Source: Chlamydiales bacterium (GTDB taxonomy: Bacteria; Chlamydiota; Chlamydiia; Chlamydiales; JAAZZY01). Taken from it: a stretch of 64,000 nt of DNA. Position numbers and translations under genes: made by a program. Below, piece after piece: positions 10,369 through 20,040 of this stretch; the first letter of the stretch is position 1, and the number at the start of each line of letters is the position of its first letter. The notes beneath the pieces were generated by a model. It was not told where the DNA came from and ran no database searches. It saw nothing but the letters and a program-made list of their open reading frames with translations. Location of the stretch: assembly GCA_965206695.1 (NCBI GenBank), contig CBDBKM010000010.1, forward strand, positions 480,001-544,000. The letters run 5' to 3'.

Positions 10369-10887
10369 TTATTTTACTATAATTTTAGCGGCTTCCAGTA
10401 AGCCGGAGCAGGTAAAATGTGATGGCTTTTCAAGCTTTTCTTTATACTGATAATCAATAAATATCGTTTTACAACCCGCAGCCCTACCGGCATTAATATC
10501 GCGCCAACGGTCACCGACCATATAACTCTTAGATAAATTTAGATGATATTGACGAGCAGCTAAATTGAGCATTCCGGGTAAAGGTTTATAATTTTCGCTT
10601 GTTTCATCAATACAGGTAAAAATATCATCCAATGGTAGTGTCTTTTGTAAATATTGGTGCATTTGATCTACAACAGCCATTGTTTGAGTGTTTCTACCTA
10701 CATCCGGTTGATTCGTTACAACAATGAGACAAAAACCTGCTTTTTTTAATAATTCCAGTGCTTTATCTACCCCCGGTAATATTTGCAAATCATCAAAATA
10801 AAGAGGAGGATAAGGTTTTCCGTTCCTTATAAAAGTTTTATTAATGACTCCATCTCTATCCAAAAAAACAGCAGGGTGCATACTCAT
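10369..10887 (-). CDS. GmhB-like HAD-IIIA sugar-bisphosphate phosphatase
   Basis: FLDRDGVIN, VVTNQ, KPLPGM, MVGDRWRD. Confidence 0.9.
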   Translation of the reverse strand: MSMHPAVFLDRDGVINKTFIRNGKPYPPLYFDDLQILPGVDKALELLKKAGFCLIVVTNQPDVGRNTQTMAVVDQMHQYLQKTLPLDDIFTCIDETSENYKPLPGMLNLAARQYHLNLSKSYMVGDRWRDINAGRAAGCKTIFIDYQYKEKLEKPSHFTCSGLLEAAKIIVK

Positions 10888-11498
10888 ATAGTACTGTCTG
10901 ATAGACTATCTTCCCATTTTGCTGCTTTGTACTTTAATCTTGGATGTGAAACAAGGCAGTGCCAGATAATCGCCTGAAATGATTCAACATGAGGCGTGAT
11001 ATGCTTTGGATCAACAGAGGGTACGAGTAAAACGGCATCGCCAACTTTTGCTGTATACCCCCCCTTATGTCCAACTATTCCTAAAATTTTCATCTCATTT
11101 GCTTTTGCTATGTCTAATGCAAAAACGATGTTTGGACTAATATTTCTAACCTTGTCTCCTCCGCCTACCGACAAAACAAAAACGGCATCTTTGCTATTTA
11201 CTTGACTCGTCATTAACCAAGATGAAAAAGTAGTATGCCAACCTTCGTCATTTGTACGTGCAGTTAATTCGGATATGTTATCTACAGGGGTATAAGCTTC
11301 AATATTACATAACTTTCTAAAATCATTGACAGCATGACTACAATTTGCTGCACTTCCGCCAACACCAAGAAAAAATAAACGACCTTTTCTCTTTCGTAAA
11401 GCGCATAACTCATCTACCATTTTTTCAATAATATCTTGATCTATTTCAGAGACAATTTGAGTAACATTTTGGAAGTAAGATTGAGGGAAATTAGACAT
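10884..11498 (-). CDS. SIS-domain phosphosugar isomerase (GmhA-like)
   Basis: GVGGSAANCSH, TARTND, SVGGG..SPNI, HVESFQ..WH. Confidence 0.88.
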   Translation of the reverse strand: MSNFPQSYFQNVTQIVSEIDQDIIEKMVDELCALRKRKGRLFFLGVGGSAANCSHAVNDFRKLCNIEAYTPVDNISELTARTNDEGWHTTFSSWLMTSQVNSKDAVFVLSVGGGDKVRNISPNIVFALDIAKANEMKILGIVGHKGGYTAKVGDAVLLVPSVDPKHITPHVESFQAIIWHCLVSHPRLKYKAAKWEDSLSDSTI

Positions 11499-11637
11499 AC
11501 TTTCCTTATTCTAGACTGCTTTTTTAGGTACGAAAGACTATCTTAAAAAAATATAGTAGACAAGATTTATTTTTAGATAAGGAGTAATCGACTCCAAGTC
11601 GATTCGACAAGCAGGTGAGGAGGATGTAATAAGGGGG

Positions 11638-12564
11638 TTAGCTTAGCTTGCTTTGAATATATTTGCGTATAGAGCGAAAGCAGGGCCCGGTAAGTAATTG
11701 GAATATTCTAAAAAAAGCACTTAGTGGCAAGTCATGCCAAAGAAAAGGATTCGTAGCAATACATCTTACTCCATGTCTTAAAGAAAAAAGCGCATCCGTT
11801 TTAAAAAAAGCTTTTCTAATATCTGCATATTTTTTGTGGTTTAACGCCTTTAACATGCTTTTAATGATCTGTGTTTGCTCTTTGATATCCTGAGAACGCT
11901 GAGAATAGGTCCCATCATTTAACCTCATATGGGCAAGGTCTCCGGGTACGTAGGCAATTCCATGCCGCAAACCCAGTATTATTTGTATAAACCAATCCGT
12001 ATGCCATTTCAGTTCAGGGATAAATCCACCGGAATGAATTAATTTTTTTCTGTTGATCAGAGCAGTATGACCGGGTATCCAAAAGCGAGATTTTCTCATT
12101 AACTCTATCAACTTTTCAGATGAGATATAAGACGTACCAATATTTTGGATAAGTGGATGAGAAAAAGTACCGGGTTTATCATCTGTAAAATAAGAGGGGT
12201 CGGAACAAACTAAGGCGATATTCGGATATTCAAGGATAGCTGTATAAAGGCGTTTAATAAAGCCGGATTGAGCCTTGTCATCAGATGCCAAAAACCAAAT
12301 AAAGTCGCCTTTGGCTATATTAAGCCCCTTTAAAACGTTATGGTTAATACCACAATTATGATCATTTTCAATAAGTTGCAAAAAAGGGTAATTTTTTTGA
12401 TAACGTTTGATAATTTCAATACTATTATCAGTAGAACAATCATCCATAACAATGCATTCATCAGGCAAACGTGTTTGAGTGATAATAGATATAAGAGCAC
12501 TTTCAATATAATGACCGTAATTATAATTGAATAAGATAACGGTAACTGTTGGTTGCATCAACAT
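11638..12564 (-). CDS. Glycosyltransferase family 2
   Basis: TVILFNYNY, VMDDCSTD, FLASDD. Confidence 0.9.
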   Translation of the reverse strand: MLMQPTVTVILFNYNYGHYIESALISIITQTRLPDECIVMDDCSTDNSIEIIKRYQKNYPFLQLIENDHNCGINHNVLKGLNIAKGDFIWFLASDDKAQSGFIKRLYTAILEYPNIALVCSDPSYFTDDKPGTFSHPLIQNIGTSYISSEKLIELMRKSRFWIPGHTALINRKKLIHSGGFIPELKWHTDWFIQIILGLRHGIAYVPGDLAHMRLNDGTYSQRSQDIKEQTQIIKSMLKALNHKKYADIRKAFFKTDALFSLRHGVRCIATNPFLWHDLPLSAFFRIFQLLTGPCFRSIRKYIQSKLS

Positions 12565-12700
12565 TTTCCTGTTTCAGATAAGGTGTTTTTTAGCTGCGGT
12601 CTCGTTCTTGAAATTTAGTGAATTTGTGTGTTAAGCCGGTCTCTTAAAGTTGGGATCTTGTTTTTAAAAAACCCTTTTACCTCTCATTTAAACTCAGTAA

Positions 12701-12776
12701 CTCACCTTATGCATACCTTCTACTAAGCAGGCTACAGAATCAAATGCTCTTTACAAGAGTGTGTGCATAAGGTGAG
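12701..12776. mobile_element. 76-bp MITE
   Basis: Perfect 13-bp TIR CTCACCTTATGCA/TGCATAAGGTGAG, flanked by 7-bp direct repeat TCAGTAA (12694-12700 and 12777-12783). Confidence 0.8.
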
Positions 12777-12833
12777 TCAGTAAATGTATCGTAAAATTTA
12801 TTATAAGTAACTATTGATTTGATAGATTCATTG

Positions 12834-12868
12834 AATACACCGAACAAATGCTTGTTTTTCGGTGTATT
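12834..12868. terminator. Stem-loop downstream of aclA, possible terminator
   Basis: 11-bp inverted repeat AATACACCGAA...TTCGGTGTATT. Confidence 0.5.
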
Positions 12869-12915
12869 AAAACTTCATATCTTGAATATCGGATGATTAG
12901 AGTGAATGAAGAAAG

Positions 12916-14787
12916 CTATTTCACAGCTATCTTCTCTTGAGTCTCTATAAGCTCTGCTTTCTTGATATCATATAGAATATCATCTGTTTGATGGCGATAA
13001 AGCGGCATATTTAAACGCTTCTCATCTAAAATATGCCCAATGAATCCAATTGTTCTTCCTATGATAAAAAAGGCATTAAGGACGCCCATATCAATAAAGT
13101 CATCAATCTCTTTTTCGTTATGCATCAAATTTCGCCACATATCGATCATTAGAACCCCAATGACACCATCAATATTCAGAATTAAATTATCCTTTTTAGC
13201 TGTTGTGACTTGTTCAACTCGAAGAGCGTAATCAAGCAAAAGAGTTTCAGGGAAATAATCTTCGGCATATTTTATTAAACAACAGACTCTAAGGTCAGGA
13301 TTTCTAATGGACTTAATGCGATGTCCTATTCCGGGAATAGGAGTACCTTGTTTTTTCATATAAGCTACGAAATCTTTCGGATCCATTTTTTGATCCAAAG
13401 CCATTTTAAAATATTTAGCTGCTCCATCAATAGCACCCCCAAACTTGGGACCTATTGTCACTAAACCACTGATAAGTGAAGAAATAAGATCTTTTCCGGC
13501 TCTTGCCGTTACCCTGGCATTATGAGCGCCACTGACTGCAGGACCATGATCAGCTACCGTTTTGATAACGGTTTCAATAAAATCTATAGCCCATTTAGGG
13601 TAGCGTTTTTGAAACCATAATAAAGAGAGGATATCGCCTATAGAGAATCCGGTATCCGGAGTTGCTATAGAACTGATAGGGTAGCCTGCATAATTAGCTT
13701 CTTCACCTCTATCATCAGAAATAGTACAAATGAAGTTGGTTGGCTTACGAATCTTACCCATTTTTTTAGCAAGAGTATAGTCTTCAGGAATCTCCGGAAT
13801 AGTATCATCTTCTTTAAGTTCTATAATACCTTCAGCAAGCAGTTTCCTATACATCGCTCCAATTACCAAAGGTAAAAAGTTAAAGTTCTTTGGTACATGT
13901 ACACCGGCCTTTTTTAAAGCTTGATTTTTACTTTCAGCCGTCTCTTTTGCTTTTTGAGCCGTCGCTCCTGCATGACCAAACTGAATTGCATTAGAAAAAT
14001 GCTTGGCTACAGTGCCTATACACCAGCCAATTATTGGTTTTGTAAGACGAGCATCTTTAATGGCTTCAATGATTTCATATTCAGCAGTTCCACCGACTTC
14101 TCCTAAAACAACGAGAAATTTTATTTGAGGGTTATTCTCCATACGAATTAAATGATCTAAATAGGATGTAGCAGGAAAACGATCACCACCAATAGCGATA
14201 CCTTCAGCAATACCATTCGTTTCCATCGAAATAATATTTGCAAGTTCATTAAAAAGACCACCCGATTTAGTTACAACGCCAATGGAACCCGGGCGGTGCA
14301 ATTTATTCTTTACAATATTAGATATCGTTCCACCAATATTGCCTGTTTTAAAGCAACCGGGAGTAATAGCTCCAACTGTAGCAGGGCCTATTACCATTCT
14401 TTTTAATTTTTGAGCTTCACAAGCTATAATTCTGGCATATCTCTCGGGGATGCCTTCTGCAGTCAGCATAACGGTTTTAATATTTTCACATGCCAATGCT
14501 TCCATCGTAACTTCATAAGCCGTTCTAAAAGAAGCAAAGTTTAGCAATGTATTTACGTTTGGATGCTTTACAGCGGCCTCCGTTAAGGTGGCGTAGATCG
14601 GAATTAAGATTTCATGAGCTCCCATAAAAAATTTCTGAAAAGAACCTCCGCCCATAGGTTGTACAATAGCAGATACTGAGGTTTTTTGTCGACCGCAAAG
14701 ATAATCATAATCGAGCATTCTTTGAATAGCTTTCGGGTTATTATTCCAAAAAATTGATTGAGTATTTTGATTAAATAGTTGTGTCAT
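12916..14787 (-). CDS. aclA: ATP citrate lyase alpha subunit
   Basis: QRMLDYDY, NFASFRTA, IGPATVG, FGHAGA (phospho-His), ADHGPAVSGAHN and GIGHRIKS (citryl-CoA lyase domain). Confidence 0.93.
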   Translation of the reverse strand: MTQLFNQNTQSIFWNNNPKAIQRMLDYDYLCGRQKTSVSAIVQPMGGGSFQKFFMGAHEILIPIYATLTEAAVKHPNVNTLLNFASFRTAYEVTMEALACENIKTVMLTAEGIPERYARIIACEAQKLKRMVIGPATVGAITPGCFKTGNIGGTISNIVKNKLHRPGSIGVVTKSGGLFNELANIISMETNGIAEGIAIGGDRFPATSYLDHLIRMENNPQIKFLVVLGEVGGTAEYEIIEAIKDARLTKPIIGWCIGTVAKHFSNAIQFGHAGATAQKAKETAESKNQALKKAGVHVPKNFNFLPLVIGAMYRKLLAEGIIELKEDDTIPEIPEDYTLAKKMGKIRKPTNFICTISDDRGEEANYAGYPISSIATPDTGFSIGDILSLLWFQKRYPKWAIDFIETVIKTVADHGPAVSGAHNARVTARAGKDLISSLISGLVTIGPKFGGAIDGAAKYFKMALDQKMDPKDFVAYMKKQGTPIPGIGHRIKSIRNPDLRVCCLIKYAEDYFPETLLLDYALRVEQVTTAKKDNLILNIDGVIGVLMIDMWRNLMHNEKEIDDFIDMGVLNAFFIIGRTIGFIGHILDEKRLNMPLYRHQTDDILYDIKKAELIETQEKIAVK

Positions 14788-14801
14788 AATTTCTCCTGAA
14801 A

Positions 14802-16106
14802 TCAGTTCTGTTCTGCCAATGCGAGTCTAACAATATCTGTAAGATGGGTTTCCGGTCCATATACCTTTATAGGCAATAAAAGTTTTTCTGCCGCTGTTTG
14901 TATATTTCTTAATCCAATCTCATAGTTGGGGCCGCCACGGCGGACATAAATTTTTACGCCTACTTTTTGTATTTCGGAATGTAATTCAGTAAAGGCTTTG
15001 ATTATTCCATCGAATGTTTTGGCAACATCTGTGAAATTAGCAATGGAACCACCTATAATCAGTATTTTGTCTCTTCTTTTGCGATCTTTTGCTTTTGTCA
15101 TTAGTTGCAGAACATTTTTAGCATAGAAGTAGGTTTCATCTGTTGTTGGATTGCCTGAATATTCTCCATAGTTAGCGAGTTCTGCAGCACCCCAATGATC
15201 AGCTATACTATCTGCGTATACAACCGAAGCTCCGCCACCTGCGACAAGAGTCCAAAGAAGTCCTTTTGGATTTAAAACCGTCAGCTTGAAACTGGCACCT
15301 GATTTTTCATCCATTTCTTGAATTTTATTTTCTTGTGGCAGTTTTGGTGGAGTTCCAAATGAGGGCGGACATTCCAAATTTCCCCAAGTCTCTGTCATTA
15401 AAAACCTGGCTGTATCATCTATTCGAGCAACAATATCTAATAAATGTATTTGATCACCTGCTATAATAAGGGGATTCAGTTCTAAATAAGAGAAATGAAG
15501 ATCTTTAAAAAATTTATAGAAAGCTTGTGTAAATGATATGAATTTTTCTTTATTCTTAATATCAGCGGGAATGCTTTTTGTAATGACATCATTTACTTCT
15601 TTCGGGCTAAGATCAAGAGCTAATTTTAATTGTGTGACCTTGTCCCACTTTTCTTCTACATCCATACCCCCGTGTGCTGAAATATATAATACATCATGAT
15701 CAGCCTCTACCGATAAAGCTAAGTAGTACTCTTGATTAAGTGAGTGTTTGTAAAAGGGTTCAGCAACAAAAGTATCGAGATATCCCTTAGTGCCACAAAT
15801 TAAAACGGTTTCACCTAAACTCTTACTGTCAATCCATTGCGTTGCCATATCCAGCTTTATATCACCAAAAATTTTATCTTTGAGTAAAACCAATTCATTT
15901 CGTCCTCTTTTTCCAAAGAGCATATCCGGCTTAATAACCAAGCTTTCAGAGGCTAGCCAAGGTAATGTCTTAACTTGCTCTTTTAAATCGTTGCCGGAAT
16001 GCACTAAAGTGCTTTTGAAATCATATGTAAAGTCTTTGAAGTAAGTGTTCCAATGTTTTGCGAATAACTGTTTAGCGCAAAACTCTCTAATTCCTCTTTG
16101 AGCCAT
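14802..16106 (-). CDS. aclB: ATP citrate lyase beta subunit
   Basis: KPDMLFGKRG, AGGGASVVYAD, ELANYGEYSGNP, GGSIANFTDVAKTF, RRGGPNY. Confidence 0.93.
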   Translation of the reverse strand: MAQRGIREFCAKQLFAKHWNTYFKDFTYDFKSTLVHSGNDLKEQVKTLPWLASESLVIKPDMLFGKRGRNELVLLKDKIFGDIKLDMATQWIDSKSLGETVLICGTKGYLDTFVAEPFYKHSLNQEYYLALSVEADHDVLYISAHGGMDVEEKWDKVTQLKLALDLSPKEVNDVITKSIPADIKNKEKFISFTQAFYKFFKDLHFSYLELNPLIIAGDQIHLLDIVARIDDTARFLMTETWGNLECPPSFGTPPKLPQENKIQEMDEKSGASFKLTVLNPKGLLWTLVAGGGASVVYADSIADHWGAAELANYGEYSGNPTTDETYFYAKNVLQLMTKAKDRKRRDKILIIGGSIANFTDVAKTFDGIIKAFTELHSEIQKVGVKIYVRRGGPNYEIGLRNIQTAAEKLLLPIKVYGPETHLTDIVRLALAEQN

Positions 16107-16311
16107 TATGATACCTAAATTTTACCGTTTTTAAAAGTAGAGACCCGTCATTAATAACTCAATTAAGGTTTTTAATAAAGGAATTTTGAAGAATGTTGAT
16201 AGGAGCTTGCTTAGATAATCATTATCTATTCAAGACTTGCATTTTGCTTAATAGATTTATGGTACTCTTTTATTCTCCACCTTTTTTTATGGATCTCATA
16301 GAGTGAGTCAG

Positions 16312-17550
16312 TATCAAACAGGAGTTTTACGCTACAGAAATACGTTATTAAAATAATTGTTTAAATAACTTATTCAATCAGGGTATTATTTTTCTCTTTT
16401 GTTGGGGAAAAATGCCGTTACATACATGCACAAAGGAATGATATAGCACCTTCATTCAAGCAAGCAGTATGAAATATTCCGGGCTTGCGATGTCAGAAGT
16501 TTGCCCTATAGTATTTTAATTTTTATTTGATAATATGTTATCCTTCTTTTTTTATACAACCAGTAAGGACAAAACAATGCCTAGAGCCTATTCAGTAGAT
16601 CTTCGAGAGAAAGTATGACAACATATAGAAAAACATCATGATAAAAAAACAGCCGGCCATATTTTTCAAGTAGGTATCGCAACAATATATCGATGGATCT
16701 TGCAAAAAAAGCAAAAAGGACATTTAAAGCCAATCCGCAGAAAATATGCTTATAAGAAATTAGATGATGAGTTGTTATCTAAATATGTAGAAAAACATCC
16801 GGATTATTTTTTATCGGAAATTGCTGATTATTTTTCAGTCACTCCGCAAACGATTTTTTATGCCCTTAAAAGATTAAAAATTACACGAAAAAAAAAACTA
16901 CTCGCTATAAGGAAAGAGATGAAAAGAAACGGGAAGCTTTTATGAAAGATTTAAAAAATATTCCCTTTGACAAGAGAATTTATCTCGATGAAACCGGGAT
17001 TCATCAATTTTTATTTCGTGAGTCCGGAAGAAGCTTACGCGGCAAAAGAGTTTTTGGAGCGGTTTCAGGAAACCGCTTTATAAGGCAAAATATTATTTCA
17101 GCCCTATCTAAAGGGCAGTTTTTATCTCCAATGTGTTTTGAAGGTACTTGTAATACCGGGTTATTCAATATTTGGCTTAAGGAAGTTTTGACTCCTCAGC
17201 TTACACCCGGTAGTGTTCTTATTCTTGACAATGCCGGTTTTCACAAGTCAGCGGAAAGCAGGAAAACAGTAGAATCTGCCGGTTGTAAGCTTATGTTTCT
17301 TCCTCCATATTCTCCGGACTTAAATCCTATAGAAAAATATTGGGCTAATATGAAAAATAAAGTTAGAGAGATATTACGAAAAGTTACGAATTTTAAATTC
17401 GCCATTGATCAAGCAATATTATCAATGTAAAATTAAATGACTATATGATAAGGATAGTGACGGCAAAACAAAGAATGCTCATTGTTTAGAAATGCTTAAA
17501 CTGACTCACAATCGAGGCTTTAATCCCCAAGTAGTCGTCATGAACGTGCT
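16312..17550 (+). pseudogene. IS701-like element remnant, interrupted and partly deleted by IS630
   Basis: Left part encodes MPLHTCTKE*YSTFIQASSMKYSGLAMSEVCP; after the IS630 the frame reads DKDSDGKTKNAHCLEML..RGFNP, an IS701-type motif. The same left end recurs inverted at about 27217-27335. Confidence 0.6.
16507..17445 (+). mobile_element. IS630-family element copy 1 (orfA nonsense allele)
   Basis: Ends TATAGTATTTTAATTTT / AAAATTAAATGACTATA with TA target; DDE motifs YLDETG, LDNAGFH, YSPDLNPIE; TGA at 16616. Confidence 0.95.
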
Positions 17551-17606
17551 CTTGTTACATAAAAACATTGTTATTTAAGAGATAAGCGCTTATACGTTTC
17601 CCCCAA

Positions 17607-17692
17607 GTTACCGGGGGTGCTCTTCTAAGCTGAAAGGATAAATATATCCAACCCTTAAATACCTGATCTAGATAATACTAGCGTAGGAAGTG
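17607..17692 (+). promoter_or_regulatory. TPP riboswitch (THI box)
   Basis: GGGGTGC...GCTGAAA..(GGATA/TATCC insert)..ACCC...ACCTGATCTAGATAATACTAGCGTAGGAAG matches the TPP aptamer consensus. Confidence 0.88.
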
Positions 17693-18976
17693 TGGATGTT
17701 TACTCACCAATCAAATAAAGGCTCTCTTGCCCTTCTTTTTTTTGGTAATGCTTTTGAGCATTATGATCAAATTTTGTTTTATTTATTAATTCCATTTATT
17801 GCTCCATTATTTTATGGGAATGTATCCTATATCTATTCTCTGGCTATTGCGAGCATTCCTTTCGGATTATTAATTAAACCATTAGGTGTGCTGTGTTTTA
17901 GCTCTCTTGCCCGGAACAAAGGGATACAATACCTTCTGGTTCTATCCCTTTTCGGAATGGGAACGGTAACATTGGCTATCGCGCTGTTACCCGGCTATCA
18001 ATTGATCGGTATTTCAGCTCCTATTATTTTATCTTTGTTAAGAGGATTAATCTGTTTTTTTTCTACAGCGGAGTCAACGGCAGCACCGTTGTATCTTTTT
18101 GCTATAACAGAACCGCGTCGCCATCCTTTAATGAGTAGTTTTTATGAAGTTTCTACTATGGTAGGCGTTTTTATAGCTTCTTTGCTCATCTCCATTCTGG
18201 CTTGGAATGGATGTATAGAGAAATATTGGAGATATGTCTATTTCTTCGGAGCTTTAACAGGTTTTATTGGGGTGTTGTTCAGATTAATAACGAAAGAAGT
18301 TACGCTTACAGTAAAACCGATGAAGTTTAAGTTCTCGAAAATACGAAAACAATTACCCTCTGTATTAGTGATCGCTTTTGTAACGGGTTTTTGTTGCATA
18401 AACTATAAGGTATCGATGGTTATTTTAAATGGCTATTTGCCATTAATAATCAATGTGACAAAAGAGCAAATGATATTTTTGCATACCTTCTTAACGCTTT
18501 TTGATATGCTTTTTTTACCCTTTTTTGGATGGATAGCTTGTAAAGTTGATAAAGGGTTATTAATGAAATTGTGTCTGGTATGTATTTTAATTTTGGTATT
18601 ACCGCTTTATCAAAATATGCTACTCTATCCTTGTCTCAAAACAATTTTTGTTTTAAGGTTCGTGCTTATCTTTTTTGGTGTCGGTTTTGCAGCTCCTTAT
18701 CAAAGTTACATTCGAGATATCGCGTCATCAAATAATCGGTTTTTTACTATATCTTTTGGAAAAACCATGGGTAAATTATTCATCTCCGGTCCGTTGATGT
18801 CTCTCTCTTATTTTGTACTGGGCTTGACAGGATCAGAAAATTTTCCGGCGATATACATCTTTGTCTCCGCCTTTATATGTTTTATGGTGATGGTTTTATA
18901 TGACTTAATAGAGAAATACCGGGAAAAGGCAATCAATACCCTGAATCCACCCAAAGAAGGTCTTTTAAGTCATTAA
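17690..18976 (+). CDS. MFS transporter (MHS/ProP-like), probable thiamine or precursor importer
   Basis: GNAFEHYD, KPLG and LRGL..F...E motifs; about 12 hydrophobic segments; directly behind a TPP riboswitch. Confidence 0.8.
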   Translation: MWMFTHQSNKGSLALLFFGNAFEHYDQILFYLLIPFIAPLFYGNVSYIYSLAIASIPFGLLIKPLGVLCFSSLARNKGIQYLLVLSLFGMGTVTLAIALLPGYQLIGISAPIILSLLRGLICFFSTAESTAAPLYLFAITEPRRHPLMSSFYEVSTMVGVFIASLLISILAWNGCIEKYWRYVYFFGALTGFIGVLFRLITKEVTLTVKPMKFKFSKIRKQLPSVLVIAFVTGFCCINYKVSMVILNGYLPLIINVTKEQMIFLHTFLTLFDMLFLPFFGWIACKVDKGLLMKLCLVCILILVLPLYQNMLLYPCLKTIFVLRFVLIFFGVGFAAPYQSYIRDIASSNNRFFTISFGKTMGKLFISGPLMSLSYFVLGLTGSENFPAIYIFVSAFICFMVMVLYDLIEKYREKAINTLNPPKEGLLSH

Positions 18977-18992
18977 AAATATATATAGCGGT

Positions 18993-19565
18993 TTAAATAA
19001 TAATTTTTTTACAACCTTTTCGGTAAATGCAAATTATACAATTAGAGATGTTTCTATTTTTCAGAAATCCACGGTTGAAGCACAGGCTTTTGATACTTCG
19101 ATCTCTGAATAATTTAAAATAAAAGTGATTTCTCACTGCAAATTGGTATGAACAAATAATGATATGGTCTGTATCATTAAAAGGGTTTTCTTTGCCGGAT
19201 TCAATTTCTTTTCTGAGCATTTTCGAATCGAGGATTTTAGAAGGTAGTGAAAATTTATCAAAAAGCTCTTGTTCCCATTGTTTTCTTAAGAATGCTGGAA
19301 GAATAAGTAAAATATTTTTTTTCCCTTCCATCCATGTTTGAGCTATAACAAGGCCAGCTTCTATTGTTTTACCCAATCCGACCTCGTCAGCTAGAATAAA
19401 TCCATTTGATAAAGGAGTTTTTAGAGCAGCCAAAGCAGCTCGTATTTGGTATGGGTTTACATCAAGACGCGCATTTGCTATCGAGCGCGAAAGATTATTG
19501 ATATTTCCTGACGCACTTTTTAAGTTAAGTAGATGAGCTTTATATTTAGAATGAAATTTTGTCAT
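18993..19565 (-). pseudogene. SNF2-family helicase N-terminal fragment
   Basis: PYQI, ILADEVGLGKTIEAG (motif I), QWEQEL; truncated before the DEAH motif. Confidence 0.8.
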
Positions 19566-19693
19566 TTAAAAATATTTAAGATTGTTAATTTTTAAATAAT
19601 AAACAAAATCGTTAATTTAATAAATTAATAAGATTATTTTAATCTTCTATATTGTTTTTGATTTTATTCAATAAATTTATTGTTTTAAATGTG

Positions 19694-19718
19694 TTATCGT
19701 ATTACCATAATGCGATAA
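19694..19718. promoter_or_regulatory. Palindromic operator upstream of higB
   Basis: TTATCGTATTA-CCA-TAATGCGATAA; a variant precedes the second higB at 40450-40474. Confidence 0.6.
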
Positions 19719-19740
19719 GAATTGAAGATCTGATTTCAGT

Positions 19741-20031
19741 ATGATTATTAATTTCGCTAATGCAATCGCTCAAGATATATTTGATGGAGAAAATTCTAAG
19801 GCATCTAGAAAATTGCCTAGAAATCTTCACAAAAAAGCTCAAATGAAGTTAGATATGATTAATGCCGCATATAAGTTAGATGATCTTCGCTCACCGCCAG
19901 GCAATCGATTAGAGGCTTTGCATAGAAATTATAAGGGCAAGCATAGTATTCGAATTAATAACCAATGGAGAATTATTTTTCGTTGGAATGATGGACAGGC
20001 AGAAGAAGTAGAAATTGTAGATTATTATTAG
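19741..20031 (+). CDS. higB: HigB toxin (RelE fold)
   Basis: DLRSPPGNRLEAL...HSIRINNQWRIIFRW...VEIVDY. Confidence 0.92.
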   Translation: MIINFANAIAQDIFDGENSKASRKLPRNLHKKAQMKLDMINAAYKLDDLRSPPGNRLEALHRNYKGKHSIRINNQWRIIFRWNDGQAEEVEIVDYY

Positions 20032-20040
20032 GAAAAAAGT

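Noticed and set aside
11586..11604. AATCGACT-CCA-AGTCGATT palindrome
   Set aside because: Short, single and without a U-tail; no function can be supported.
12916..16106. Evidence of autotrophy
   Set aside because: No other rTCA genes in the window, and the context suggests a host-associated heterotroph.
16616..16618. TGA recoding (alternative genetic code)
   Set aside because: It aligns to Leu (TTA), not Trp, and TGA ends normal genes such as aclB, menE and FkbM.
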